Assembly (NCBI GenBank): GCA_044225365.1
Contig: JBGAIQ010000006.1
Location: forward strand, 75,874 to 139,873
Length of the DNA stretch: 64,000 nt
Direction: 5' to 3'
From: Planctomycetota bacterium
GTDB taxonomy: Bacteria; Planctomycetota; B15-G4; JADJEK01
How positions within the stretch are numbered: position 1 is the stretch's first letter; every line of letters starts with the position of its first letter. Below are positions 49,287-58,768 of the stretch, piece by piece. The position numbers and the translations under genes were made by a program. Under the pieces are notes generated by a model. That model did not search any database and was not told the DNA's origin. It was given only the letters and a program-made list of their open reading frames with translations.

Positions 49287-49886
49287 ATGGCATTGCGTAC
49301 GAAAGACCGGGAGCGCGAGATGACCGAAATCGACGCCGGCCCGCAGGTGCTTCCCGCGCCTGCGGCGCCGCGCATGCTTCGTCTGTCTGCGGGTTTCGTC
49401 TACTTCTACTTCGGCTTCCTGAAGTTCTACACGGACCTCAGCCCGGCCGAGCTGCTCGCCACGCAGACGATCATGCGCATCTGGCCGTGGCACGTCGACG
49501 CCCACACGGTTCTCTTCTGGCTCGCGCTCTCCGAATCCGTGATCGGTCTCGCGTTCTTGCTCAACATCGGTCTGCGATACGTGCTGTGGATCTTCCTGCT
49601 GCATCAGCTCGGAACGTTCCTGCCGCTCGTGCTCTACCCCGAGCTTTGCTTCAAGATCGCGCCGTTCTCGCCGACCATGGAAGGTCAGTACATTCTGAAG
49701 AACCTCATCTCGCTCTCGGCAGGGCTCACCGTGATGATGCCCGCCGTTCGCGCGCGGACCGCGCGCGAGAAAGCAGAGAAGCAGCAACGCATCGCCGCGA
49801 GAAGACCGAACGCAAGCAACACAAGTGCTCCGGCCCCGCGAGAGACGGCCGTCGCACTCGAATCCACCCCCGTGAGGCTGCCATGA
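49287..49886 (+). CDS. integral membrane protein (4 TM, DoxX-like), hypothetical
   Basis: Its hydrophobic helices are FVYFYFGFLKFY, LFWLALSESVIGLAFLL, VLWIFLLHQLGTFLPLVL and LISLSAGLTVMM. Its stop overlaps the ATG of the downstream cytochrome gene (ATGA). The start is 49287 or 49320. Confidence 0.5.
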   Translation: MALRTKDREREMTEIDAGPQVLPAPAAPRMLRLSAGFVYFYFGFLKFYTDLSPAELLATQTIMRIWPWHVDAHTVLFWLALSESVIGLAFLLNIGLRYVLWIFLLHQLGTFLPLVLYPELCFKIAPFSPTMEGQYILKNLISLSAGLTVMMPAVRARTAREKAEKQQRIAARRPNASNTSAPAPRETAVALESTPVRLP

Positions 49887-51475
49887 ATCGATCGTCCGAG
49901 CGGATCCTCGTCGGTTGCGGGATCATCCTCACCGCGGTCGGGATGCACTGGACCTATCAGATGTACAAGGGCACCGAAGCGAGTCGCGTGCCTTCGTTCC
50001 TCCCCGAGCCGAGCGAACATTTTCCGATCGCGCAGGCGTCTGCGATCCCCGTCGATCCGATCCCAGCTGCAACCGCAGCGCCGGCCGATCCCCGGCCGAT
50101 CGCCACTGTCAGCTCACCCGAACACGACATGCCGCAGAGGGCTCCCGAACTCCTGATCTACCCGACGATCGAGCGCGGCTTCCGCACGCCTTTCGATCTT
50201 TGGCGCTACTACGGCCGCGGGGCTTCGTCGTGGGACACGCCGCTCATGGGAATGCGCTTCGAGCAGTGGCTCGAATTCCACGACAAGCAGAAGCCGACGT
50301 TGATGCGCGAAGTCCACGACTACATGAACTCGCGCTACGACTTCTCCGGCAAGGCGATCCCCGACCAGAAGATGTCGGGCGGCCGCAAGGCGATCATGGC
50401 AGGACCGGTCGCCCGCTTGCCGAACGGGTTCGATTCCTACGAAGCGCTGGCGCGCCTCCCGGCCAAGGAGATCCGCGAGCGCGACCTGTTCCCGTACAAG
50501 CCGCTCGCGCACCCGCTGCAGTCGACCGCACACATGGTCTTCCCCGACATGTGGATCGCTGTGCACCCGGAGCACGAGCGCTTCGACGTCGGCATGGACA
50601 TCCCCGACGCATACCTTCCCGAGTTCCCGCCGCCGCTCTTCCTCACCACGCACAAAGAACTCGGCGACGTCACCTCGGGTCAGGAGGTGACGCTCGAGAA
50701 CTACTACCCGATCTTCGACGGACTGTTGACGCCCGAGCAGATGGAAGGCCTCAAAGAGCTGCTTCGTCCCTCGCCGTCGACGTGGTTCAACCAGACGGAC
50801 CACCGTCTCACGAAGAAACCGTCCCGCGGCGTCTCTTGTCTCGACTGCCACGTGAACGGCCACACCAACGGCGCTTTCGAGCTCGCACCCGACTCGCGCC
50901 CGCTTCTCGCTCGCCTGCGCGTCGACACGCCCTCGCTTCGGGGAAACTACAACCTCGCGCAGCTCTCCTCGAAACGCTCGATCCGCAGCATGGACCACTT
51001 CGCCGAGGTCGAGGAGTACTTCGACGGTGATCCCGGGATGATGCAAGCGATCGGCCCCCGCGCGGTGAAACGCGAAGTCTCGACTCGCATGGGCGACTTC
51101 AATGCGATCGTGGATTATCCGCCGGCACCAAAGCTCGATCCGCTGCAGCGCCTGCGCAAGGACCTCGCGACGGAATCGGAGCTGCGCGGCGAATCCCTGT
51201 TCCACGGCAAGGGCCAGTGCATCCAGTGCCACGGCGGCCCGGCCTTCGTCGACGACTACTTGCACGACCTAGAGGTCGAACGCTTCTACAAGGGCCGTCC
51301 CGAAGGCCCGATCAAGACCTTCCCGCTTCGCGGCATCAAGGATTCGCCGCCCTATCTCCACGACGGCCGATGCCCGACGCTCGCCGACACGATCGAGTTC
51401 TTCGATCTCGTTCTCGAACTCCATCTCACGAAGCAGGAGAAGGGCGATCTCCTGGCGTATCTGCTTTGCTTGTGA
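49883..51475 (+). CDS. di-haem c-type cytochrome with a cytochrome-c-peroxidase (CCP/MauG)-family C-terminal domain
   Basis: It has a signal/TM segment (ILVGCGIILTAVGM). There are two CxxCH motifs (CLDCH, CIQCHGGPAF). The CCP-like tail is TPSLRG...PPYLHDGRCPTLADTIEFF. The N-extension of the 662-aa ORF is rejected. Confidence 0.7.
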   Translation: MNRSSERILVGCGIILTAVGMHWTYQMYKGTEASRVPSFLPEPSEHFPIAQASAIPVDPIPAATAAPADPRPIATVSSPEHDMPQRAPELLIYPTIERGFRTPFDLWRYYGRGASSWDTPLMGMRFEQWLEFHDKQKPTLMREVHDYMNSRYDFSGKAIPDQKMSGGRKAIMAGPVARLPNGFDSYEALARLPAKEIRERDLFPYKPLAHPLQSTAHMVFPDMWIAVHPEHERFDVGMDIPDAYLPEFPPPLFLTTHKELGDVTSGQEVTLENYYPIFDGLLTPEQMEGLKELLRPSPSTWFNQTDHRLTKKPSRGVSCLDCHVNGHTNGAFELAPDSRPLLARLRVDTPSLRGNYNLAQLSSKRSIRSMDHFAEVEEYFDGDPGMMQAIGPRAVKREVSTRMGDFNAIVDYPPAPKLDPLQRLRKDLATESELRGESLFHGKGQCIQCHGGPAFVDDYLHDLEVERFYKGRPEGPIKTFPLRGIKDSPPYLHDGRCPTLADTIEFFDLVLELHLTKQEKGDLLAYLLCL

Positions 51476-51490
51476 GAAAGCCGGCCGGAA

Positions 51491-51537
51491 GCAAAACGAG
51501 CGGCGCGAGCTGGAAGCCCGTGCCGCTCGTTCTTTCG
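51491..51537. terminator. bidirectional rho-independent terminator between convergent genes
   Basis: A perfect 10-bp stem (aacgagcggc 51495-51504 with gccgctcgtt 51522-51531) has a 17-nt loop. It is flanked by aaaa on the 5' side and ctttc on the 3' side. Confidence 0.6.
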
Positions 51538-51552
51538 GTCTGACGAATTCGA

Positions 51553-51882
51553 TCAGCGACCGCGGTAACCGCCGCCACCGCCTCCGCCGCCCCGATACCC
51601 GCCGCCGCCACCACCGCCGCCGCCGCCGCCACGCGATTCACGCGCGCGCGCTTCGTTCACGGTGAGATTGCGACCGCCGTAAGCGGCGCCGTTGAGCGCC
51701 TCCATGGCCTTGCGGCCATCGGCGTCGTTCGACATCTCGACGAAGCCGAAGCCGCGCGAGCGGCCCGTTTCGCGGTCGATGACGATCTGCGCACTGCTCA
51801 CGTCGCCGTGCGACGAGAACAGATCGCGAAGCTGGGAGTCGGTGCAGTCGTAGGAAAGATTGCCAACGTAGAGCTTGAGCAC
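51553..51882 (-). CDS. RNA-binding protein with an RRM domain and a Gly-rich (GGYRG) tail
   Basis: RNP2 is LYVGNL and RNP1 is RGFGFVEM. The C-terminal tail is GGGGGGGGGGGYRGGGGGGGGYRGR. Confidence 0.85.
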   Translation of the reverse strand: MLKLYVGNLSYDCTDSQLRDLFSSHGDVSSAQIVIDRETGRSRGFGFVEMSNDADGRKAMEALNGAAYGGRNLTVNEARARESRGGGGGGGGGGGYRGGGGGGGGYRGR

Positions 51883-52256
51883 TGGTAAGTGACCTCAACC
51901 CGAGGACTACTAGAAACTGACGCTGATTCCTCGGGGAGAACCGGTGTCGCAGCGAGCGGTGGATCCACGTTTGGTCCAACCGTCGAAATTCGAGACGTAG
52001 TAGCGCCGCGAACCTGGACGGAAGCATAAACGAAAACCCGTCGATTGCGGGGGTGATTCCCGATCTTGTCGTCGTGCCCGCTCCGCGCGGTGGAATCCGC
52101 GATTCGAGGCCGTGCTCTGTAGCCGAACCCCGTTTCGAGACGATCGCTCGTCGCGACGAACGATATCGAATCCTCGGGATCCGAGTTCGCGAACTCACGT
52201 TTCGGTCGAATGCGGTGCGAATCGCCGTCGATCCGCACCGCCGGATTGGGACGCGA

Positions 52257-53519
52257 TCAGGGCGTGTTGACGTAGATCAAGCGATCCGTCGTGTACGAGC
52301 TGCCGAAGATCGGAACCGTGTAGGGGCCGAGCAGCGGCGCCGTGTAGTTGTCGGCGAGATCGGTGAAGCCGCGCACAGGAGCGGAAGCGCCCACGTTCGC
52401 GGTCCAGCCGTCCTTCGTCGAGGCGCCGTAGTAGATCCCGATCCACGACCCGCTGCAGGGCGCGTTGTGCAGGAAGAGCCCTTCATCGACCCACGCGCAC
52501 TCCTTGCCGGGATAGACGTTGCCATTCGTCCAGCAGCCGATGTTCGAAGTCGTCAGGTTGAACCACGGCAGATTCGGGAACGAGAAGTTGAGCGCCTGGA
52601 AGCTGCCGTTGACGCCGGTGGCGTCGACGCACGAAGTCGTTCCCTGGAACGATCGGAACTGGTGATGCTTCGGAGCCGGCGCACCGGGACAGAGGCACGC
52701 GCCGCCGAGCAATCCGATCTGACCTCCGACGACGGGATCCTCGACCGCGCAGAACGTCGAGCCCGGGACGACCATCTCGCGCGAAGCCTCGGCGAGCATC
52801 GGCCCGCTCGGCGACGGATTGTTCGATGCCACGAACGGCTGCGTCGTCGAGTGCGGCGCCACGATCGCGTACGAACGCGTCGGATGGAACTGACCTGGCC
52901 GATCGGAGAAGCCCGGCCGATGGATGAAGAAGTCGCACGCGTGATAGAGCACGACGGCGTTCTCGCTGATCGCTCCCGATCCGCACGGCGAAGCGTAGTC
53001 GACGTACCCGTAGTAGAACGCGGTCGGCTGCGTACCGAAGGGCGCGAGACAGCTCGGCGCGGGACAGGGCGGAACGATGCCGGTGAGGACGACCTGCAGA
53101 TCGGCCTTTGCCACGAAGCGCCACACTTGCCGCGCGATGCCGCTCGGCGCCGTCTCCGTCCAGGTGCGCGTGTAGTCGAGCGTCACCTTACCGGTGAGCA
53201 CGGGGCTACCCGTGGCGACGTCGATCGCAGTGAGCAGGGAGACGAACTCCGCGCACCTCACCGAGGACGGCGCACTCATTGTCACCGTGAGATTGTTGAG
53301 CACCGCGGGAACGCAGTTGTTCCAGCAGATGCCGAGTCCCGGCAGCGTGACGGCCGGGAACGCGGGCAAGGTCGCCGTCGTCGGCGCGCAGCAGGTCGTG
53401 AACGAGAGATTGTCGGGGCCGACGCAGAGCTGAGCGCTCGCTCGGGACGTAAACGAGAAAAGGCCGAGTCCCACCGCAAACGCGGACATGACGCGGCCAA
53501 GAAGATGCGGATTGCGCAT
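52257..53519 (-). CDS. secreted cysteine-rich hypothetical protein
   Basis: It is 420 aa with a signal peptide (MRNPHLLGRVMSAFAVGLGLFSFTSRASA), about 20 Cys residues and S/T/P/G-rich stretches. The start at 53519 was confirmed. The 140-codon N-extension and the antisense ORF 52053..53579 are rejected. Confidence 0.55.
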   Translation of the reverse strand: MRNPHLLGRVMSAFAVGLGLFSFTSRASAQLCVGPDNLSFTTCCAPTTATLPAFPAVTLPGLGICWNNCVPAVLNNLTVTMSAPSSVRCAEFVSLLTAIDVATGSPVLTGKVTLDYTRTWTETAPSGIARQVWRFVAKADLQVVLTGIVPPCPAPSCLAPFGTQPTAFYYGYVDYASPCGSGAISENAVVLYHACDFFIHRPGFSDRPGQFHPTRSYAIVAPHSTTQPFVASNNPSPSGPMLAEASREMVVPGSTFCAVEDPVVGGQIGLLGGACLCPGAPAPKHHQFRSFQGTTSCVDATGVNGSFQALNFSFPNLPWFNLTTSNIGCWTNGNVYPGKECAWVDEGLFLHNAPCSGSWIGIYYGASTKDGWTANVGASAPVRGFTDLADNYTAPLLGPYTVPIFGSSYTTDRLIYVNTP

Positions 53520-53874
53520 TTCGATCCTCCTTCGAGGAATGGGCGAGGTGTGGGATCCCGAACGACGCCACGATCCTAACCGATAATGCCGAATTCGGCA
53601 CGCGAAGGGTCGAGACCCGGCCGGTGCCCCCATGACTCTTTGGTCAGCGCCGGGCGAACCCTTGTTACCCCCCGGACGGGGCTCGGTAGACCGGTCGACA
53701 CGAAACCGATCCCTCGCCGACGAACGCGCATTCGCGATGCGCGCGAATTCCGGCGACGCCATCGCCCCCACCTCTGCGACTGGCGCGAGGATCGAGAATC
53801 CTCCGCTCATCCATCCCACCGCCTCGCGAGTGGATGCGCGGTTCGACTCATCCCCTCCCGACGAAGGAGTTCCC

Positions 53875-54375
53875 ATGCGTACGAATCCAGCATTGCGGCA
53901 CCGTGTCGAACAGGATCTCGCCGCGCTTCTCGACGTCAACGGAGCGCGACGACGAGCCGCGCGACTCGATCTCGTCGCATTCGGGCCTCGCGTCTCGGGT
54001 CTTCTCGAGTATCGCCTTGCTCACGGCAGCCCGGCGCAGCGGATCGCCGCTGCCCACGTGCTGAGCGACGTCCCGAGTGATCGGGCCATCCTCGCGCTGC
54101 TCAGGAGTTTCGAGGATCCCGACCCCGGCGTACGTTTCTCCGCGGCCGACGCGCTCGCGGAACATTCCGAACATGCCATCCGTCCCCTCCTGCGCGCGCT
54201 GATCGATCGCGGGCACTCGCCCTGGTTCCGCGAATGCGCGGCGCAGTGCTTCTCACGGCTCTCCGGGCGGGGCGTGCGGACGGGTGCCGGCCGCGTCGCA
54301 GCCGCACTGCTCGACTCACGCCGCTTCGTGCTGATCCCGCTGCTCGCGTTGGAAGCCCTCTCCGGCGACGGATGA
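53875..54375 (+). CDS. HEAT-repeat (PBS-lyase-like) protein
   Basis: It contains repeated units A..RI.AA.ALSDVPSDRAILALLRSFEDPDPGVRFSAADALA. Confidence 0.6.
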   Translation: MRTNPALRHRVEQDLAALLDVNGARRRAARLDLVAFGPRVSGLLEYRLAHGSPAQRIAAAHVLSDVPSDRAILALLRSFEDPDPGVRFSAADALAEHSEHAIRPLLRALIDRGHSPWFRECAAQCFSRLSGRGVRTGAGRVAAALLDSRRFVLIPLLALEALSGDG

Positions 54376-54379
54376 CCCT

Positions 54380-55135
54380 GTGATGTGGGGCAGCCACCTG
54401 CCCCGCTTTCTCCATCTCTCGAGTACGCCAAGAACGCCCAGGCGAGCGACTCGCGTTATCCTCGGCGACGTGAAATCCAAACCGAGACGAGACGACGCGG
54501 CCGCGCAGGAAGCCATCGCGAGTGACGCCGACGACTTCGTGACGATCCTGCGTCGCGAACTCACGCGGCGCTGCCACGCGAATGCGCATTACTCGCTTCG
54601 CGCTTTCGCACGCGACCTGCGATGCGATCACTCTTCGCTGTCGCAACTCCTTCGCGGTCGCCGCAAGCTCACGCCCGCGATCGTCCTGAAGCTCGCTCCG
54701 CGCCTTCGACTCGACGCCCCCACCGCCGAGCGCCTCGCTGGGTTGGCCGCGCGAAACTCGTTCGCCGAGCCCGCGGCGTTGAAGCTCGCGAGAGCGCTCA
54801 CCTGCGATGCCTGGTGCGCGCTCGCCGAGTGGCCGCATCTCGCGATCCTCGAACTCACGCGTCTGCCCGAGTTCCGCACCGACAGTCGCTTCATCGCACG
54901 CGTCCTCGGCGCCACCGTCGACGAGGTCAACATCGCGCTGCAGCGACTCCTGCGCCTCGGCCTCCTCGAGATGGTCTCGCCGCAGAAGTGGATCGACCGG
55001 ACCGCAGCGACCTCGATGGACGCATTCGCGCGTGCGACCGTGCGGAAACTGCTCGAACGACTGAAATCGCTCGCGGACGAACCCGCGGCGGAACCGCAAC
55101 GCAGAACGAAACCGAGAAGGAGAGTACGCCGATGA
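54380..55135 (+). CDS. TIGR02147/DUF4423-like helix-turn-helix protein
   Basis: HYSLRAFARDLRCDHSSLSQLLRGRRKLTPAIVLKLAPRLRLD resembles the TIGR02147 family (from memory). Its stop overlaps the start of the downstream VOC gene (ATGA). Confidence 0.5.
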   Translation: MMWGSHLPRFLHLSSTPRTPRRATRVILGDVKSKPRRDDAAAQEAIASDADDFVTILRRELTRRCHANAHYSLRAFARDLRCDHSSLSQLLRGRRKLTPAIVLKLAPRLRLDAPTAERLAGLAARNSFAEPAALKLARALTCDAWCALAEWPHLAILELTRLPEFRTDSRFIARVLGATVDEVNIALQRLLRLGLLEMVSPQKWIDRTAATSMDAFARATVRKLLERLKSLADEPAAEPQRRTKPRRRVRR

Positions 55136-55494
55136 GTCATCCCGTCACGCAGTTCCAGATCCTCGCGAAGGACCCCGAGAGCGTCGCGCGCTTCTTCGGC
55201 CGACTCTTCGGCTGGCACATCGACGCCAACAACCCTCTTGGTTACCGCAGGATCGAAACGGGCAGCAAGGATGGCATCCAGGGCGGCATCTGGCCCGCGC
55301 CTCCGCAGGCGCCCGATTTCGTGCAGCTCTTCATCGATGTGGACGATGTCGCGGCGATCGTGAAGAAGGCCGAGGACGGCGGCGCAAAGGTGCTCGTCCC
55401 GCCGACCGTGCTTCCAGAAGGCGACGAGATGGCGGTGCTCCTTGCCCCGAATCAGATGTCGTTCGCCGTTCAGCGCAAATCGAAGCGCGCTTGA
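55132..55494 (+). CDS. VOC (glyoxalase/bleomycin-resistance/dioxygenase) family protein
   Basis: It is 120 aa. The N-terminus QFQILAKDPESVARFFGRLFGW and the fold pattern are typical of the VOC family. Confidence 0.7.
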   Translation: MSHPVTQFQILAKDPESVARFFGRLFGWHIDANNPLGYRRIETGSKDGIQGGIWPAPPQAPDFVQLFIDVDDVAAIVKKAEDGGAKVLVPPTVLPEGDEMAVLLAPNQMSFAVQRKSKRA

Positions 55495-55500
55495 TGGAGT

Positions 55501-56394
55501 TCAGTCCGGCTCGGGGGCGTTGCTGGACATCCAAGCGATCGCACGCTCGATCTCGAATCGCATGCGATCGCGCGGATAGCGACAGCGCCGCCCGTGACCG
55601 GGCAGGATCCATTCGAACGACAGGTCCGCGAGCCGCTTCGTCGAGGCGATGAGCCGATCCCAGTCGTACCAGCAGGCCGACCGGAACCCGTAGACCTGAT
55701 CGAGCCGCGCGCTGTACGCAATGTGATCGCCGGTGAACAGCGCCTCGTCACGGAACAGGAGACACGCCGAACCGCGCGTGTGTCCGGGCGTCGGGATGAC
55801 GAGGAGATCCCCGGCGAGTGGATGCGGCGCATCCCCCGTGATGCGAATCTCGGGAGCAGCACCCAGCGTCGCAGCGTCGCCGGCATGCATCACGCGCTCG
55901 CAGGCGAAGTGCTCGGTCCACTTCGCATGATCGGCGACGTCGTCGCCATGGGTGAGGAAGAGCCACTTCACGCCGCCCATGGCCTCGATCTTCTCGACGA
56001 GCGGCCGCACGAAGCGCGGACTATCGACAAGGACGTTGCCGTCCGTCCGCCGCACGAAGTAGCTCGTCGCGCCGAAGCTCTTCTCGCTGTGGAAGCCGCA
56101 GTGGAAGATCTCGTCCGTGATCGGCAACGGGAAGTCGTGCGTCGCGGCGGCAAGCCCGCGCTTCGACTCTCCTTCGACTCCGATGGAGGCCGTCGGGCAG
56201 GCGAGGAGCGCGTGTAACGCGGCACGTGTCTCCGGCGCGCGCGGACCGGGCTGGGCGATCACCGCGGACTGCTCGCCGCTTCGCCGAAAGACTTCGGGTG
56301 CCATCCAACGACAGGTGTCGCAGTCGATGCACGTCGAGTCGACGTAGAAATCGCCCGGAACGTTCTCCACACGACGTTGCTTCGGATTCGCCAT
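55501..56394 (-). CDS. ferredoxin-like (divergent 4Fe-4S mono-cluster) domain fused to an MBL-fold metallo-hydrolase
   Basis: The N-terminal cluster motif is CIDCDTCRWMAPEVF. An MBL-like LFLTHGDDVADH motif and a downstream HTRG motif follow. Confidence 0.7.
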   Translation of the reverse strand: MANPKQRRVENVPGDFYVDSTCIDCDTCRWMAPEVFRRSGEQSAVIAQPGPRAPETRAALHALLACPTASIGVEGESKRGLAAATHDFPLPITDEIFHCGFHSEKSFGATSYFVRRTDGNVLVDSPRFVRPLVEKIEAMGGVKWLFLTHGDDVADHAKWTEHFACERVMHAGDAATLGAAPEIRITGDAPHPLAGDLLVIPTPGHTRGSACLLFRDEALFTGDHIAYSARLDQVYGFRSACWYDWDRLIASTKRLADLSFEWILPGHGRRCRYPRDRMRFEIERAIAWMSSNAPEPD

Positions 56395-56450
56395 GATCCC
56401 TTCCTGTAGCGCGAACGGCGGCAGATCCAACTCCGGTCGGATCCGCTACC

Positions 56451-58760
56451 ATGCTGCGCTCCCGCCGCAATCGGAGCAACCGCATGGCCACGCCCGCCCA
56501 TTCGCCGCTCGTCCTTCGTTCGTCCTATCTCGCGACCTGTGTCGCCGCCTTCGCGCTCTCCGCGCTGGCCGGACCCACCAAGTCGACGATCACGCTCGAG
56601 CAGACCGCCGGGCGCGGCGGACGCATTCAATTCAACAGTTCGTTGAAGCAGTACCGTTTCGACTCCGATGGCGCACTCCTTTCCGATGGGGGTAAGCGAC
56701 TCGATCCGAAAACGCTCGCCGAACTGCCCGCCAAAGCCGTGGACCCGAAGGCGGCTGGTTCGGAGGCATCGAAGGTCGAACGCCTCGATCGCGATGCGAC
56801 CGTCGCCGCACTTTCGAAGCTCTCCGCGATCGGGAAGGACAAGGCCGTTTCGCTGGTCGACGGCGCGCGCGCGACATACGAACCCGCTGAGATCGCGAAG
56901 ACCCGACTCGTCCTCTCCGACGGTGGCGCGTTCTACGTGAAGGGTGACACGGCGAAGGTCGTGATCGAGAGCGGCGGCGCGCCGATCGAACTGCCGACGT
57001 TCGTGAAGGCGACGAATCGCGTCGTGTTCGTGCGAGGCAACGATCTGTTCGCGATCGATCTCGTCGACGGGTCCCTCACTCGAATCACCGATACGGGCAG
57101 CAGCACGATCCTGAACGGCAAACTCGACTGGGTGTACCAGGAGGAGGTCTACGGCCGATCGAAGTTCACCGGCTACTTCCCGAGCGGGGACGGCAAGCAC
57201 CTCGCCTTTCTCACGCTCGACGAAGGCAAGGTCTTCGACTTCCCGATCGTCGACCCGATCACGCAAGGTGATTTCCGCGGCCGCCTCGAGCTCATGAAGT
57301 ACCCGAAGGCAGGCGATCCGAACCCGAGCGTGAAACTCTCGCTCTACGACGTGATCGCGAAGAAGTCGGTGCCGGTCGATCTCGGGAAGTACGCCAGCGA
57401 CGAACCCATCGTCGCGGTCGTCACGTTCACGCCCGATTCGAAGCTCTGCCTCGCGGTCATCCAGGATCGCCGCCAGACCTATGCCGATCTCATCGCGATC
57501 GACCCGTCGACCGGCGAATGGAAGCCCTGGATCCACGAGGGCTCGAAGTCGTGGGTCGATCGCCCCGACGAACCGCGATGGCTGAACGACGGCGGTTTCT
57601 TGTGGATGAGCCAGCGCACCGGATACCTCCACGTCTACCGCTATCTCGCCAACGGCGGCCTTCAGAATGCGGTCACGACGGGTGACGGTTCGGTCGCGTC
57701 GATCCTCGACGTCGACGAGAAGGCCGGCGAACTGTGGTTCATCGGGAAGAAGGACGGAGCGATCAACAAGAACTTGTATCGCTGCCGCCTCGACGGAAGC
57801 GGCCTCACGCGCATCACGCAGGGCGATGGCACGCACAACGTCGAACTCGCGCCCGACAAGCAGTATCTCCTCGATACGTTTTCCTCGCTCACCCAGCCGC
57901 CCGCCGTTTCCCTCTGCGATCGCGACGGCAAGGTGCTGCGCGTGCTCGACGAGAGCAAGGTGTCGAACGACTACGAGATCGCGAAGTGGCAGCTGATGCC
58001 CGTGAAGGCTCGTGACGGCGTGACGATCGATGCCGCATTCCAGAAGCCGATCGACTTCGACGCGACGGCGTCGTATCCGATCTGGATCACGACCTACTCC
58101 GGTCCCGCGATGCCCACGCTGTCGAATCGCTGGTCCGTGAGTGCGTGGAATCAGTTCCTCGCGCAGAACGGCGTCATCGTGATGATGGTGAACGTGCGGT
58201 CGGCTTCCGACGCCGGCCAGTGCCTCACCGAGTCGTGCTATCGCCAGCTCGGCAAGCAGGAGCTGATGGACATCGAGGACGCGATCGCCGCGCTCGCGAC
58301 GAACCCCTGGGCCGATGGCGGCCGCGTCGGCATCACGGGCTACAGCTACGGCGGGTTCATGACGGCGTACGCGATGACGCACAGCGACAAGTTCGCGCTC
58401 GGCATCGCGGGCGGAGGCGTCTACGACTGGCGCATGTACGACACGATCTACACCGAACGCTACATGGACCTGCCGAAGAACAACGCCGCCGGATACGACG
58501 CGAGCTCGGTGATCAAGGCGGCGAAGAACCTGCACGGGCACCTGCTCTTCCACCACGGCGTCAACGACGACAACGTGCACCTGCAGAACGCGCTGCAGTT
58601 CGTCTACGCGCTCGAGAAGGCCGACAAGTCGTTCGAGTTCATGCCGTATCCCGAGTCCGGCCACGGCATCGGCGACCGCGATCTGGCATGGCACAACCGC
58701 CAGCTCGAGTGGAAGGAGATCGACCGTTATCTCGTGCACGGTCGCCCGACTCGGAATTGA
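56451..58760 (+). CDS. S9 family peptidase (dipeptidyl-peptidase IV-like; beta-propeller + alpha/beta hydrolase)
   Basis: It has a signal peptide. The catalytic Ser motif is GITGYSYGGFMT, and the Asp/His motifs are HHGVNDDNVH and GHGI. The 826-aa antisense ORF 56259..58739 is rejected. Confidence 0.85.
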   Translation: MLRSRRNRSNRMATPAHSPLVLRSSYLATCVAAFALSALAGPTKSTITLEQTAGRGGRIQFNSSLKQYRFDSDGALLSDGGKRLDPKTLAELPAKAVDPKAAGSEASKVERLDRDATVAALSKLSAIGKDKAVSLVDGARATYEPAEIAKTRLVLSDGGAFYVKGDTAKVVIESGGAPIELPTFVKATNRVVFVRGNDLFAIDLVDGSLTRITDTGSSTILNGKLDWVYQEEVYGRSKFTGYFPSGDGKHLAFLTLDEGKVFDFPIVDPITQGDFRGRLELMKYPKAGDPNPSVKLSLYDVIAKKSVPVDLGKYASDEPIVAVVTFTPDSKLCLAVIQDRRQTYADLIAIDPSTGEWKPWIHEGSKSWVDRPDEPRWLNDGGFLWMSQRTGYLHVYRYLANGGLQNAVTTGDGSVASILDVDEKAGELWFIGKKDGAINKNLYRCRLDGSGLTRITQGDGTHNVELAPDKQYLLDTFSSLTQPPAVSLCDRDGKVLRVLDESKVSNDYEIAKWQLMPVKARDGVTIDAAFQKPIDFDATASYPIWITTYSGPAMPTLSNRWSVSAWNQFLAQNGVIVMMVNVRSASDAGQCLTESCYRQLGKQELMDIEDAIAALATNPWADGGRVGITGYSYGGFMTAYAMTHSDKFALGIAGGGVYDWRMYDTIYTERYMDLPKNNAAGYDASSVIKAAKNLHGHLLFHHGVNDDNVHLQNALQFVYALEKADKSFEFMPYPESGHGIGDRDLAWHNRQLEWKEIDRYLVHGRPTRN

Positions 58761-58768
58761 CGGCGCGG

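Noticed and set aside
49487-49882. N-terminal 132-codon extension of the cytochrome ORF (start at 49487)
   Set aside because: It overlaps the upstream membrane-protein gene in another frame and is Arg-rich. The ATG at 49883 gives a proper signal anchor and an ATGA junction.
56259-58739. 826-aa minus-strand ORF antisense to the S9 peptidase
   Set aside because: The sense strand has GYSYGG and DPP-IV-like architecture. The antisense product is low-complexity.
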